Origin: Phycisphaera mikurensis NBRC 102666
GTDB lineage: Bacteria > Planctomycetota > Phycisphaerae > Phycisphaerales > Phycisphaeraceae
Assembly: GCF_000284115.1 (NCBI RefSeq)
Contig: NC_017080.1
Location: 3,480,001-3,512,000, forward strand
Reading direction: 5' to 3'
Length of the DNA stretch: 32,000 nt
Position numbers and translations under genes: made by a program. The number at the start of each line of letters is the position of its first letter. Within the stretch, counting starts at the first letter, position 1. The notes beneath the pieces are model-generated. The model saw only the letters and a list, made by a program, of their open reading frames with translations. It searched no databases and was not told the DNA's origin. This document shows, piece by piece, positions 19,052-27,786 of the stretch.

Positions 19052-20202
19052 CGGGCGTCCTCCGCGGCGATGTAGACGTCGAACTGCTGCCCGTAGCCGG
19101 CCGCGTCGAAGCCCTCGGGCAGCCGGTACACGGCCTCCAGCACGCGGGTGTCGATCAACTCGCTGGTGCGGCCCGAGAGGTTGCGCTTCGGGACCAGCAG
19201 CGGCTCGACGTACGCGGGCTCGAGCTCGATGCGGTCGCCGGCCGCGCCGCGGGGGCTCGCCCAGGCGCGGGCGCCCTCGCGGAAGCGGGGGACGTCCACC
19301 TCGTCGATCTCGACGCGCACGTGGCCCGGGCCGGGACGGCCGAGCACAACCAGGCCCTGGTTCGGGACCGCCGCCGGCGCGAACTCGCCGGGCCGCAGGT
19401 TCACCTGGAGCACCTCGGCTTGGACCGGGGCCCGCACCGTCAGCAGGCCCAGCTCGGTCTCGGCCGCGGCGAGGCGGGCGCGGGCTTGCCCCGCCTGCGC
19501 AGCGGCGGCCCGCAGCTCCGGCCCGTCGCCGCCGCCGGGCGCCTCCAACAGCGACAGATCCGCCCGGGCCGAAGCCTCCTCGGCCGCGGCGGTCGCCACC
19601 CGCGCCTCCGCCGACTCCGCGGCGAAACGCCGCGCGTCGACCTCCTGCGCCGCGATGGCGCGCTTGTCGCTGACCGACTCCGCCACCTCCCGCCGGTTCT
19701 GCGCGTCGTCGCGGTCGGCCTCGGCGGCCCGCCGCTGCGCCGCGGCCGCCCCGACGGCGGCCCGCCGCACCGGCACGCGGCCCCGGAGCGCGGCGGCCTG
19801 GGCCTCGGCCACCCCGACCTCCGCCTCGGCGAGCGCCACCTCGCGCTCGGCGGGGCCCGACTCCACGCGGAACAGCGGGTCGCCGGCCGCGACGCGGTCG
19901 CCGACCATGACCTCCACCGCCGTCACCACGCCCGCCCGCTGGGCCGCGATGTCGATGGCTTCGCCGGCCGGCTCGCTCACGCCGATCGCGCCGATGAAGC
20001 GGGCGGGCTCGCCGCCTTCCCCCGGCGTCGCGGCCGCCGCGCCGCCGGCCGCCGCCGCGTCGGGCGCCGCCACGGGCGCTCGCGGCGGCGGCTCGGCCGT
20101 TGCCACGGGGCGGTTGGTCGCCACCAGCGCGACGCCGGCGGCCAGCGCCACCGCGCCCACCGAAGGCAGCCCGTACGTCAGGATTCGGGATCTTCCGGCC
20201 AT
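19048..20202 (-). CDS. HlyD/MacA/DevB-type periplasmic adaptor (membrane fusion) protein
   Basis: 'ILTYGLPSVGAVALAAGVALVATNRPVA', 'AAQRAGVVTAVEVMVGDRVAAGDPLFRVES', a long coiled-coil Ala/Glu/Arg region and 'LLTVRAPVQAEVLQVNLRPGEFAP'. Stop overlaps the start of the TolC-like gene. An upstream start at 20310 is possible. Confidence 0.88.
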   Translation of the reverse strand: MAGRSRILTYGLPSVGAVALAAGVALVATNRPVATAEPPPRAPVAAPDAAAAGGAAAATPGEGGEPARFIGAIGVSEPAGEAIDIAAQRAGVVTAVEVMVGDRVAAGDPLFRVESGPAEREVALAEAEVGVAEAQAAALRGRVPVRRAAVGAAAAQRRAAEADRDDAQNRREVAESVSDKRAIAAQEVDARRFAAESAEARVATAAAEEASARADLSLLEAPGGGDGPELRAAAAQAGQARARLAAAETELGLLTVRAPVQAEVLQVNLRPGEFAPAAVPNQGLVVLGRPGPGHVRVEIDEVDVPRFREGARAWASPRGAAGDRIELEPAYVEPLLVPKRNLSGRTSELIDTRVLEAVYRLPEGFDAAGYGQQFDVYIAAEDAR

Positions 20203-20209
20203 GTTCTTC

Positions 20210-21103
20210 TCAGCGGTTCTGGTCGTTGCCCGCGCAAGATCCGCGGACCGCGTCGGTTTCGGGGGCTTCTTCGCGGCGGTCCGCGGGCCGGCCTCCGTTG
20301 CGCTCCTCACGCCGCCGGCCCGCCTGCTCGCGCCGGTCCTCCACCTCCTCGATCTCGCCGTCGGCCATGTGGTGGATGACGTCGGCGTGGTCGAAGATGC
20401 GGTCGTCGTGCGTGACGATGATCACGGAGCGGTCGCCCTCCACCGCGAGATCCGAGAGCAGCGCCATAACGTTCGAGCCCGACGCCGCGTCGAGCGAGGC
20501 CGTCGGCTCGTCGCAGATCAGGACGCTGGGTTCGTGGACCAACGCCCGCGCGATCGCCACCCGCTGCTGCTGCCCGCCGGAGAGCTGGGCGGGCATCTTG
20601 TCGGCGTGGTCCCCGAGGCCGAGCTCGGCCAGCAGCTGCCGCGCGTGCTCCTCCGCGTCGCCCGTGGACTCGCCGCGGGCCACCCGCGGGATGGCCGCGT
20701 TCTCGGCGGCGGTCAGCGCCGGCAGCAGGTTGAACTGCTGGAAGACGAAGCCGAAGTGCCGCAGCCGGAAGTCGGCGAGCTTCGGCCGCGAGAGCACCCG
20801 GAGGTCGGTGCCCAGGACCGAGACCTCGCCGTCGTCGGCGGAGAGGATCGCGCCGATCACCGAGATCAGCGTCGTCTTGCCGCAGCCCGAGGGCCCCACC
20901 AGGTACGTCATCTCCCCGGCGTGCGCGTCGAAGCTCGCGCCGCGGAGCACGCGGACCTTCGCGTTGCCCTCGCCGAAGCTCTTCTCGACGCCGGAGCAGG
21001 CGACCAGCACCGCGTCGGGCCGGGGCTCGGGGGCGGTGTCAACCAATCGGCACCTCCGGGAGCCGACGCCGGAGCGCGGAGGTGCCCGAGACCGCGGGCC
21101 CAC
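20210..21103 (-). CDS. ABC transporter ATP-binding protein (MacB/DevA/LolD-like)
   Basis: Walker A 'VGPSGCGKTTLI', signature 'QLSGGQQQRVAIARALVHEPSVLICDEPTASLD', H-loop 'VIIVTHDDRIFDHAD'. Charged C-terminal tail. Confidence 0.92.
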   Translation of the reverse strand: MGPRSRAPPRSGVGSRRCRLVDTAPEPRPDAVLVACSGVEKSFGEGNAKVRVLRGASFDAHAGEMTYLVGPSGCGKTTLISVIGAILSADDGEVSVLGTDLRVLSRPKLADFRLRHFGFVFQQFNLLPALTAAENAAIPRVARGESTGDAEEHARQLLAELGLGDHADKMPAQLSGGQQQRVAIARALVHEPSVLICDEPTASLDAASGSNVMALLSDLAVEGDRSVIIVTHDDRIFDHADVIHHMADGEIEEVEDRREQAGRRREERNGGRPADRREEAPETDAVRGSCAGNDQNR

Positions 21104-21127
21104 GGCGCGTTGGGGGAGGCGGAGCGA

Positions 21128-22333
21128 TCATCCGCGGAAGACGGTGGCGGGATCGACGGTGAGCACGCGCCGCATCGAGACGACGGTGGAGACGACGACG
21201 ATGAGGGCCGCGAGCACGGCGACGCCCGCGGCGACCGAGGGCAGGAGGTAGAAGCCGCGGAGGGCGTCGCTGTTGGCGGCGCCGAAGCTGAAGAAGCAGG
21301 CCGCGGCGAGCAGGCCCAGGGCGTAGCCGATCGTGCCGACGAAAGCCGCCTGGAACAGCGTCATCGCGAGCAGCTTCGCGTTGCGGACGCCGATCGCTTT
21401 CAGCGCCGCGTACTGCTTCAGGTTCTCGGTGACGAACTGGTTGAAGGTGAGCCCGACGATCGCGATCCCGATGACGACGCCGAGGATCACGACGGTGCCG
21501 AAGCTCACCGGGATGCCCGTGTTCGCGAGGATGTACGCGATCGACATCCACTTGAAGTCGGAGCGCGGCTCCGCCTTGAGGTCGGTGTCGGCGGTGATGC
21601 GGGCGGCGACGGCCGCGGCGTCCGCGCCTCCGGCGTCCGGCTCCTCCGCACCGGTCGCCCGCGCGAAGCCTTGCTTCGCCTTCACCAGCACGAACGACAG
21701 GCTGTTCCGCCCGTTGTTCGTGTACGCCGTCGCCAGCGAGTACCGCGTGTAGATCGCGAGGTTCGCGGCGAAGGCGGGCGCGGCGTCGACGATCGCGACG
21801 ATCTTCGCCCGCCTGTCGTTGAGCTCCAGGGTGCGCCCGGTGTCCAGCTCCTCGCCGGGGAAGAGCAGGCGGAAGCCGGCGGGGTTCACGGCGATCGCCT
21901 CGGGCAGCATCAGGTCCTCGACGCGGCCGAGCACGAAGGTGTCGGGCACGCCCACCAGCGAGGCGTCGTCGGCACCGAAGATCAGCGCGTTCTCCAGGGT
22001 GCCCGACCGGGTGCGGACCTGCGCGACGGCTTTGAAGAAGGGCACGGCCCAGGCCACGCCCTCCACGCCGCGGACGCGCTGCAGCGCCGTGTTGCGCAGC
22101 GGGTACGGCACGTCGACGGTCTTCACGGCCGGGTCCATCACCCAGACGTCGGCCTCGGTCACGTCGTCGATGGCGCTGCTGGCCCGGCCGAGCAGACCGA
22201 CGAAGATCGACACCTGCTGGCAGATGAGCAGCGTCGAGAGCGCCACGCCGAACACCAGGCCCAGGCACTTCACCCGGTCGCCGAGCAGCATCCGCAGCGC
22301 GGTGCGGTAGAGGCCGAAACCGCGCACGCCCAT
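21128..22333 (-). CDS. ABC transporter permease (FtsX/DevC-like)
   Basis: '[50 protein letters not shown]...EADVWVMDPAVKTVDV...FNQFVTENLKQYAALKAIGVRNAKLLAMTLFQAAFVGTIGYALGLLAA...VVSMRRVLTVDPATVFRG'. The upstream extension in the track overlaps the TetR gene and is rejected. Confidence 0.88.
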   Translation of the reverse strand: MGVRGFGLYRTALRMLLGDRVKCLGLVFGVALSTLLICQQVSIFVGLLGRASSAIDDVTEADVWVMDPAVKTVDVPYPLRNTALQRVRGVEGVAWAVPFFKAVAQVRTRSGTLENALIFGADDASLVGVPDTFVLGRVEDLMLPEAIAVNPAGFRLLFPGEELDTGRTLELNDRRAKIVAIVDAAPAFAANLAIYTRYSLATAYTNNGRNSLSFVLVKAKQGFARATGAEEPDAGGADAAAVAARITADTDLKAEPRSDFKWMSIAYILANTGIPVSFGTVVILGVVIGIAIVGLTFNQFVTENLKQYAALKAIGVRNAKLLAMTLFQAAFVGTIGYALGLLAAACFFSFGAANSDALRGFYLLPSVAAGVAVLAALIVVVSTVVSMRRVLTVDPATVFRG

Positions 22334-23004
22334 CAGGCGGGATCTCCGGGGGCGGCGGGGTCTTGCGCGTACCCGAGCAACCCGTGGAGCGCGAAGCGCG
22401 ACAGGCGGGCGGCCATGCGGTTCACAGCCGCGCGCTCCGTCGGCGGCGGGTGGCCCAGGTGCGTGAGGATCAGCCGGGCGTGCGAAGGGTTGACGCACAG
22501 CGCGACCACGCCGTTGACGAGGTCGTCGAGCGTGGCGGCCCCGATGCGGCGGCCGATGACGGCGGCGATGATGCGCTTCAGCTCGTCGCGGATCGGCCGG
22601 GCCCCGTGCTCGGCGAAGGTCTTCAGGCCCGTGGGCGTCGGGGCGCCGGTCTCCTGCGCCATCAGCGCCCCGGCGCAGGGGTGGCCGTCCTGCTGGAGCA
22701 GCACCAGCCGGAGGAACCACGCGACGAAGGCCTCGAAGACCTCGGCGGGCTCGCCGGCGTCCTCGGCGTCGAGCCGGGGCATCGGCTCCGCTTCCCGCAT
22801 CTCCACCGCCGCCCGCTCCCACACCGCGTCGTACAGGCCCGCCTTGCCTTGGAAGTGGTAGTTCACCGCCGCGAGGTTCACGCCCGCCGCCGCGCAGATC
22901 TCCCGCACGCTGGCTCGGGCGAACCCGTCCCGCGCGAACAGCGGGCCGGCCGCCTCGACGAGGCGGCGGGCGGTGGTTGCGTCGTCGGGAGGGGTGGCGG
23001 GCAC
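22333..23004 (-). CDS. TetR family transcriptional regulator (CerR/YbiH-like)
   Basis: '[55 protein letters not shown]' is a TetR HTH with GTG start. Stop overlaps the permease start codon (22331-22335). Confidence 0.88.
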   Translation of the reverse strand: MPATPPDDATTARRLVEAAGPLFARDGFARASVREICAAAGVNLAAVNYHFQGKAGLYDAVWERAAVEMREAEPMPRLDAEDAGEPAEVFEAFVAWFLRLVLLQQDGHPCAGALMAQETGAPTPTGLKTFAEHGARPIRDELKRIIAAVIGRRIGAATLDDLVNGVVALCVNPSHARLILTHLGHPPPTERAAVNRMAARLSRFALHGLLGYAQDPAAPGDPA

Positions 23005-23018
23005 GGGGATTCAATCAA

Positions 23019-23040
23019 CCGTTTGAAACGTCCGTTTGAA
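23019..23040. promoter_or_regulatory. Candidate TetR-family operator: two CCGTTTGAA direct repeats plus palindrome CGTTTGAAACG
   Basis: CCGTTTGAA at 23019-23027 and 23032-23040 (13-bp period). CGTTTGAAACG is a perfect palindrome at 23020-23030. Lies 15 bp upstream of the tetR start, in the divergent intergenic spacer. Confidence 0.5.
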
Positions 23041-23087
23041 TGTAGCCGCCCCGGCGGCGGCGTCAAGCCCGCGGTACGCTTCGGCGG

Positions 23088-24593
23088 GTGCCCACCCTCC
23101 CCGCCCTGGCCCTCGCCGAGCCGCTGCCGACCGCCCTGCTGCTGGCGGTGGTGGGCGTGCTGCTGGTGACGGCGACGCTGTTCTCGCGGGCGGTCGACCG
23201 GCTGGGCGTGCCGGTCGTGCTGCTGTTCCTGGTGCTCGGCGTGCTCGCGGGCAGCGAGACCGTGGGCTTCCTGGCCTTCGACGACCACCTGCTGGCGATG
23301 CGGCTGGGCACGCTGGCGCTCATCTTGATCCTGTTCGACGGCGGGCTGAACACCCGCTTCGGCGAGGTCCGGTCCGCGGCACCGCCGGCCCTGGTGCTCG
23401 CGACGGTGGGCGTGCTGCTGACCGCCGGGCTGGTGGCCGTCGCGGCCCGGCTCCTGGGGCTGGAGTGGCCGCAGGCGCTGCTGCTGGGCGCGGTCGTCAG
23501 CTCCACCGACGCGGCGGCGGTGTTCTCGATTCTCCGCGGCGGCGGCATCCGGCTGCCGCCCAAGCTCGGCGGCACGCTGGAGCTGGAGAGCTGCCTGAAC
23601 GACCCGGTCGCGGTGCTGCTGACCACGGCGCTGGTCGCGACGCTGGGCATGACCGGCGGCGACAGCGACTTCTCGCCGTGGTCGCTGCTGGTCTCGATCC
23701 CGCTGCAGCTGGGCATCGGCAGCGTCGTGGGGCTGGCGATCGGCTGGGGCGGGCGGTGGCTGCTGCTGCGGGCGACGCTGACCACGGTCGGCCTCTACCC
23801 GACGATCACGCTGGCCTTCGCGCTGGTCGCCTTCGGCGCCGCGACGCTGCTCGGCGGCAGCGGCTTCCTCGCGGTCTTCCTCGCGGCCCTGGTGCTGGGC
23901 AACGGCCCGCTGCCCTACCGCAACGGGCTCGTGCGCGTCCACGACGCGGTGGCGTGGCTGTCGCAGATCGCGATGTTCCTCATGCTTGGGCTGCTGGTGA
24001 AGCCCTCGACGCTCTGGGGGGTGGCGCTGCCGGGGCTGGCCCTGGGGCTGTTCCTCGCGTTCGTGGCCCGCCCGCTGGCGGTTGCCGCTTGCCTGGCTCC
24101 GTTTCGCTTCTCCCGCGTGTGGACCGTCTACGCGGGGTGGACCGGGCTCCGCGGGGCCGTGCCGATCGTGCTGGCGACCTTCCCCAAGATCGCGGGCGTT
24201 CCCGGAGCCGACGGGCTGTTCTCGCTGGTCTTCTTCATGGTGCTCACCAGCTCGCTGGTGCCCGGCGCCACCATCCGCTGGGCGACGCGGAAGCTCGGGT
24301 TGATGGCGGCGCAGAAGCCGACGCCCGCCGCCGTGCTGGAGGTGAACGCGGCCTTCGAGCTCGAGGGCGAGCTGGTCAGCTTCCACATCCACGACGAGGT
24401 CGCGGTCTGCGGGGCGAAGCTCAAGGACCTGAGCCTGCCCAACGACGCCGCGGTCACGCTGATCGTCCGCGGCCGCCAGCTGATCCCGGCGAAGGGCCCG
24501 GTGACGCTGCGGCACGGCGATCACGCGTACGTGATCTTCCAGGAGCAGGACCGCGGGCTGATCGAGCTGCTCTTTGGCGCACCCGAGGGCTAA
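23088..24593 (+). CDS. Potassium/proton antiporter (NhaP2/CvrA-like, CPA1) with C-terminal TrkA-C-like domain
   Basis: 'VLLFLVLGVLAGSETVGF...LALILILFDGGLNTRF...LLLGAVVSSTDAAAVFSILRGGGIRLPPKLGGTLELESCLNDPVAVLLT...WTGLRGAVPIVLATFPKIAGVPGADGLFSLVFFMVLTSSLVPGATI...LKDLSLPNDAAVTLIVRG'. Confidence 0.9.
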   Translation: MPTLPALALAEPLPTALLLAVVGVLLVTATLFSRAVDRLGVPVVLLFLVLGVLAGSETVGFLAFDDHLLAMRLGTLALILILFDGGLNTRFGEVRSAAPPALVLATVGVLLTAGLVAVAARLLGLEWPQALLLGAVVSSTDAAAVFSILRGGGIRLPPKLGGTLELESCLNDPVAVLLTTALVATLGMTGGDSDFSPWSLLVSIPLQLGIGSVVGLAIGWGGRWLLLRATLTTVGLYPTITLAFALVAFGAATLLGGSGFLAVFLAALVLGNGPLPYRNGLVRVHDAVAWLSQIAMFLMLGLLVKPSTLWGVALPGLALGLFLAFVARPLAVAACLAPFRFSRVWTVYAGWTGLRGAVPIVLATFPKIAGVPGADGLFSLVFFMVLTSSLVPGATIRWATRKLGLMAAQKPTPAAVLEVNAAFELEGELVSFHIHDEVAVCGAKLKDLSLPNDAAVTLIVRGRQLIPAKGPVTLRHGDHAYVIFQEQDRGLIELLFGAPEG

Positions 24594-24626
24594 GACCCGC
24601 TGCGAGCGGGCTGCGCCGAGTCGCCT

Positions 24627-24884
24627 TCAAACCGAGGCGTCGCCCTCGGCCGACGGCGGGGTGGCCTGGTTGGCGGCGGCGGCCTGGGCACGGGCGATGT
24701 TCTGCTTGACCAGCTCGTCGGCCCAGATGTGGTGCGCGACGCTCATCATCGCGGGGTGGCTGCCGCCGGCCTCGTTGTACGCGCGGCGGATCTCCTTGAG
24801 CTTGTCGGCGTGCTCGCCGTCGGGCGGCTGGGCTTCGGCGATGAACTGCTGGCGGACGAGATTGATGGCTTCTTGGAGCTGCAT
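24627..24884 (-). CDS. Small hypothetical protein (85 aa)
   Basis: MQLQEAINLVRQQFIAEAQPPDGEHADKLKEIRRAYNEAGGSHPAMMSVAHHIWADELVKQNIARAQAAAANQATPPSAEGDASV. Soluble, helical composition that looks like real coding; no recognised family. Confidence 0.55.
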   Translation of the reverse strand: MQLQEAINLVRQQFIAEAQPPDGEHADKLKEIRRAYNEAGGSHPAMMSVAHHIWADELVKQNIARAQAAAANQATPPSAEGDASV

Positions 24885-25055
24885 GATGGCTTTCTCGGGG
24901 GGTGCAAGGGGAGCGTCGGCACACGCGGGCGCGGCGGCGCCGGGCGGCGAGGGTACCGGCCCCGGCGGACCCGGCCGCGCCTCCGCAGCGACTGGGCGCT
25001 CGGGCGCCCGGGCGCGGCCGGGCTCTACCTTGCGTGCCCGCGGACCGCGGGCGTT

Positions 25056-26366
25056 TTGACGGCTCCTCCCCCACGATCCGCGGCACCCGACGTCCCCGCC
25101 GAGGCCGCGGCAGCGCGGGACGCGGCGCTTGAAGTGGTGACGACGCTGCGGGAGGCCGGGCACGCCGCCTTCTTCGCCGGCGGCTGCGTGCGCGATGCGC
25201 TGCTGGGCCTCGCCCCCAGCGACTTCGACGTCGCGACCGACGCGCCGCCGGACCGCGTCGCGGGGCTCTTCCGGCGGACGCAAGCGGTCGGCGCCGCCTT
25301 CGGCGTGGTGCTGGTCCACCAGAAGCGCGGGAAGCGGCGGGTGGCGACGGAGGTCGCGACCTTCCGGACCGACGGCGTCTACACCGACGGCCGGAGGCCC
25401 GCCAGCGTGAGCTTCGCCACGGCGGAGGAGGACGCGGCCCGCCGCGACTTCACCTGCAACGGGCTCTTCTGGGACCCGCTGCACGGGCAACCCGGAGGGG
25501 CCGGGGATCCGCGGGCGGACGCGGAGGGCGTCATCGACTTCGTCGGCGGCCGGGCCGACCTCGCGGCCGGCCTGCTCCGCGCGATCGGCGACCCGGCCGC
25601 CCGCTTCGCCGAAGATCACCTCCGGCTGCTACGGCTCGTGCGGTTCGCGGCCCGCTTCGGCTTCGCCGTCGAGCCCGCCACGGAGGCCGCGGCCCGGGCG
25701 GCGGCGCCACGCGTGGCCGGCGTCGCGGCGGAGCGGGTGGGCGACGAGGTGGCGAAGATGCTCTCGGCGGCGCCGCCGGCGCCGGCCGCGGCCGCGGCGT
25801 TGCTGTCCCGCCTCGGCCTGGCGGACCGCGTGCTCGGCCCGGGGCAGGGCGGGCCGCCGGCCGCGCTCGCCGCGCTGGGGCCCGCACCGCTGGCCACGGC
25901 GGTGGCGGCGCTCGCGCTGGACCGGGCCGGGAGCCCGGCCGCCGCCTCGGGGCTGATCCGCACGCGGTGGGCTCCCGCGCTCAGCCTGCCCAACGCGGTC
26001 GCCGACGCTTCCACCGGCGTGCTGGACGCGCTCCACGCCCTCCGCGGGTGGGGGACGCTCGGCGTCGCGGCCCGCAAGCGGCTCGCCTCGATGCCCACCT
26101 TCCGCGACGGCCCGCTCGCGCTGCTGCGGGCGGTCGACCCCCAAGCGGCGGCGGCCGTCGCGTCCGACGTCGCCGCCCTCGCCGGCGACGGCGTCGGCCT
26201 CGCGCCGCCGCCGCTGCTCGACGGCCGCGCCCTCATCGCCGCCGGCCTCCGCCCCGGCCCCGCCTTCCGGACGATGCTCGACGCGGCCTACGACGCCCAG
26301 CTGGAGGGCCGCGTGTCCAGCCCCGGCGACGCCCTCGAGGTGGCGGAGGCCTCGGTTTCGGCGTGA
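25056..26366 (+). CDS. PolyA polymerase / CCA tRNA nucleotidyltransferase family protein
   Basis: 'REAGHAAFFAGGCVRDALLGLAPSDFDVATDAPPDRVAGLFRRTQAVGAAFGVVLVHQKRG...EVATFRTDGVYTDGRRPASVSFATAEEDAARRDFTCNGLFWDP...FVGGRADLAAGLLRAIGDPAARFAEDHLRLLRLVRFAARFGF' carries class II nucleotidyltransferase motifs. TTG start inferred. Confidence 0.88.
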   Translation: MTAPPPRSAAPDVPAEAAAARDAALEVVTTLREAGHAAFFAGGCVRDALLGLAPSDFDVATDAPPDRVAGLFRRTQAVGAAFGVVLVHQKRGKRRVATEVATFRTDGVYTDGRRPASVSFATAEEDAARRDFTCNGLFWDPLHGQPGGAGDPRADAEGVIDFVGGRADLAAGLLRAIGDPAARFAEDHLRLLRLVRFAARFGFAVEPATEAAARAAAPRVAGVAAERVGDEVAKMLSAAPPAPAAAAALLSRLGLADRVLGPGQGGPPAALAALGPAPLATAVAALALDRAGSPAAASGLIRTRWAPALSLPNAVADASTGVLDALHALRGWGTLGVAARKRLASMPTFRDGPLALLRAVDPQAAAAVASDVAALAGDGVGLAPPPLLDGRALIAAGLRPGPAFRTMLDAAYDAQLEGRVSSPGDALEVAEASVSA

Positions 26367-26384
26367 CGCCGATAACCTCCGCCC

Positions 26385-27173
26385 ATGAGCAGCCGATCCG
26401 CCTCCAAGGACGCAACGCCCGACCTCGCCGAGTCCTACGCCGCCGTCATGGGACGCGTCGGCGCCGCCGCCGAGCGTTCCGGTCGCAGGGCCGAGGACGT
26501 GCTGGTGGTCGCGGTGAGCAAGTACGCCGAGCTCGACCAGCTCCGCACGCTGGTGGACCTGGGCCACGTCGACTTCGGCGAGAACCAGGTGCAGCAGCTC
26601 GCCCAGCGGGCGCCGCAGCTCAGCGAGTACCTCGCCCGCCACCGGGCGATGCGCGGGGCCAGCAGCTCGGGCAGCATCGCCCCCGAGAGGATCCGCTGGC
26701 ACATGGTCGGCCACCTCCAGCGCAACAAGGTGAAGCAGTGCGTGCCGCACGTGCAGCTGATCCACTCCGTGGACTCGCTCCGCCTCGCCGAGGAGCTGCA
26801 CAACCACGGGGCCAAGCACGACGCCGACACCGACGTGCTGCTGCAGGTCAACGTCTCGGGCGAGGGAACCAAGAACGGCGTGGCGCCCGCCGCCGTCGTG
26901 CACCTGCTCGAGCAGATCGACACGATGATGCACCTGCGCTGCCGCGGGCTCATGACGATGGCCCCGCACCACGAGAACCCCGAAGACTGCCGGGCCGTCT
27001 TCGCCCGCACGCGGGAGCTCTTCGAGGACTGCCGCGGCAGCCGGTACGCCGGCGACCGCTTCAACATCCTGTCGATGGGCATGAGCAACGACTTCGAGGT
27101 CGCCATCGAGGAAGGCGCCAACCTCGTCCGCGTCGGCTCGGCCCTCTTCGGCACCGCCGACGCGGGCGGCTGA
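26385..27173 (+). CDS. YggS/PLPBP-family pyridoxal-phosphate homeostasis protein
   Basis: 'VLVVAVSKYAELDQLRTLVDLGHVDFGENQVQQL...IRWHMVGHLQRNKVKQCV..VQLIHSVDSLRLAEEL...VLLQVNVSGEGTKNGV...CRGLMTMAPHHENPED...FNILSMGMSNDFEVAIEEGANLVRVGSALFG'. Confidence 0.95.
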   Translation: MSSRSASKDATPDLAESYAAVMGRVGAAAERSGRRAEDVLVVAVSKYAELDQLRTLVDLGHVDFGENQVQQLAQRAPQLSEYLARHRAMRGASSSGSIAPERIRWHMVGHLQRNKVKQCVPHVQLIHSVDSLRLAEELHNHGAKHDADTDVLLQVNVSGEGTKNGVAPAAVVHLLEQIDTMMHLRCRGLMTMAPHHENPEDCRAVFARTRELFEDCRGSRYAGDRFNILSMGMSNDFEVAIEEGANLVRVGSALFGTADAGG

Positions 27174-27303
27174 ACGCGGGCGGCTCCGCGGCGCAGCCGG
27201 GCCGCAGGGCCCGACCGCCCGGGGGCGCAGACCGGGGCCCGCGGCTCTTCAGCCGTAAGCCGCGGAAGCCGATGGACGCGTGACCGCGCCCCGAGCCCCC
27301 CCC

Positions 27304-27711
27304 ATGCCCGCCGATCCCGATCACGCCGCCGACCCGCTCGCCTTCTCCGAAACCGCCCGCGGGCCCGACCGCCGCGTCAACGTCCTCGACGTCCGCGGCA
27401 CCGGGCTGGAGCGACGACGCGGGCCGGGCCGGCGGCGGTCGGACTTCGCCAAGGCCGCCGAGGAGGGCGAGATGACGCCCGAGCAGTTCCTCATGGTCAA
27501 GGCGATCGACGCGTTCAAGCGCGTGAACGACCGCCCCTTCCCCAGCTGGTGCGAGGTGCTCGAGGTGATGCGGAAGCTCGGCTACCGCAAGACGATGCCC
27601 AGCGAGCTCACGATCAAGGGCGCGCAGGACTGGTCCGAAGCCCCCGACGCCGCGGCCTTCGGCTTCAGCGACGCGGAGGAGGAAACCGAAGCCGACCTCG
27701 AAGCGGCCTGA
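27304..27711 (+). CDS. Small conserved-looking hypothetical protein (135 aa)
   Basis: 'RRGPGRRRSDFAKAAEEGEMTPEQFLMVKAIDAFKRVNDRPFPSWCEVLEVMRKLGYRKTMPSELTIK' is a compact helical core with a winged-helix-like feel; no named family recognised. Confidence 0.65.
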   Translation: MPADPDHAADPLAFSETARGPDRRVNVLDVRGTGLERRRGPGRRRSDFAKAAEEGEMTPEQFLMVKAIDAFKRVNDRPFPSWCEVLEVMRKLGYRKTMPSELTIKGAQDWSEAPDAAAFGFSDAEEETEADLEAA

Positions 27712-27720
27712 ACACGCGGC

Positions 27721-27768
27721 GCCGCGGACCGCGGCCGTCGCGGGTCCAAGAGCCTGGCGGTCCGCGGC
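27721..27768. terminator. Candidate bidirectional terminator: 12-bp perfect inverted repeat GCCGCGGACCGC / GCGGTCCGCGGC
   Basis: Arms at 27721-27732 and 27757-27768 (24-nt loop), exactly between convergent genes. No U-tract. Confidence 0.4.
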
Positions 27769-27786
27769 TCGCTTGGCTCACACGGC

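Noticed and set aside
19148-22861. 1237-aa plus-strand ORF
   Set aside because: Lies antisense to the adaptor, ATPase, permease and TetR genes, which have clear family motifs. The translation is low-complexity (Arg/Ala/Ser/Pro) and typical of a shadow frame in high-GC DNA.
21128-23014. 628-aa version of the ABC permease
   Set aside because: The N-terminal ~225 aa is an Arg/Ala-rich out-of-frame reading of the TetR gene. The permease begins at 22333.
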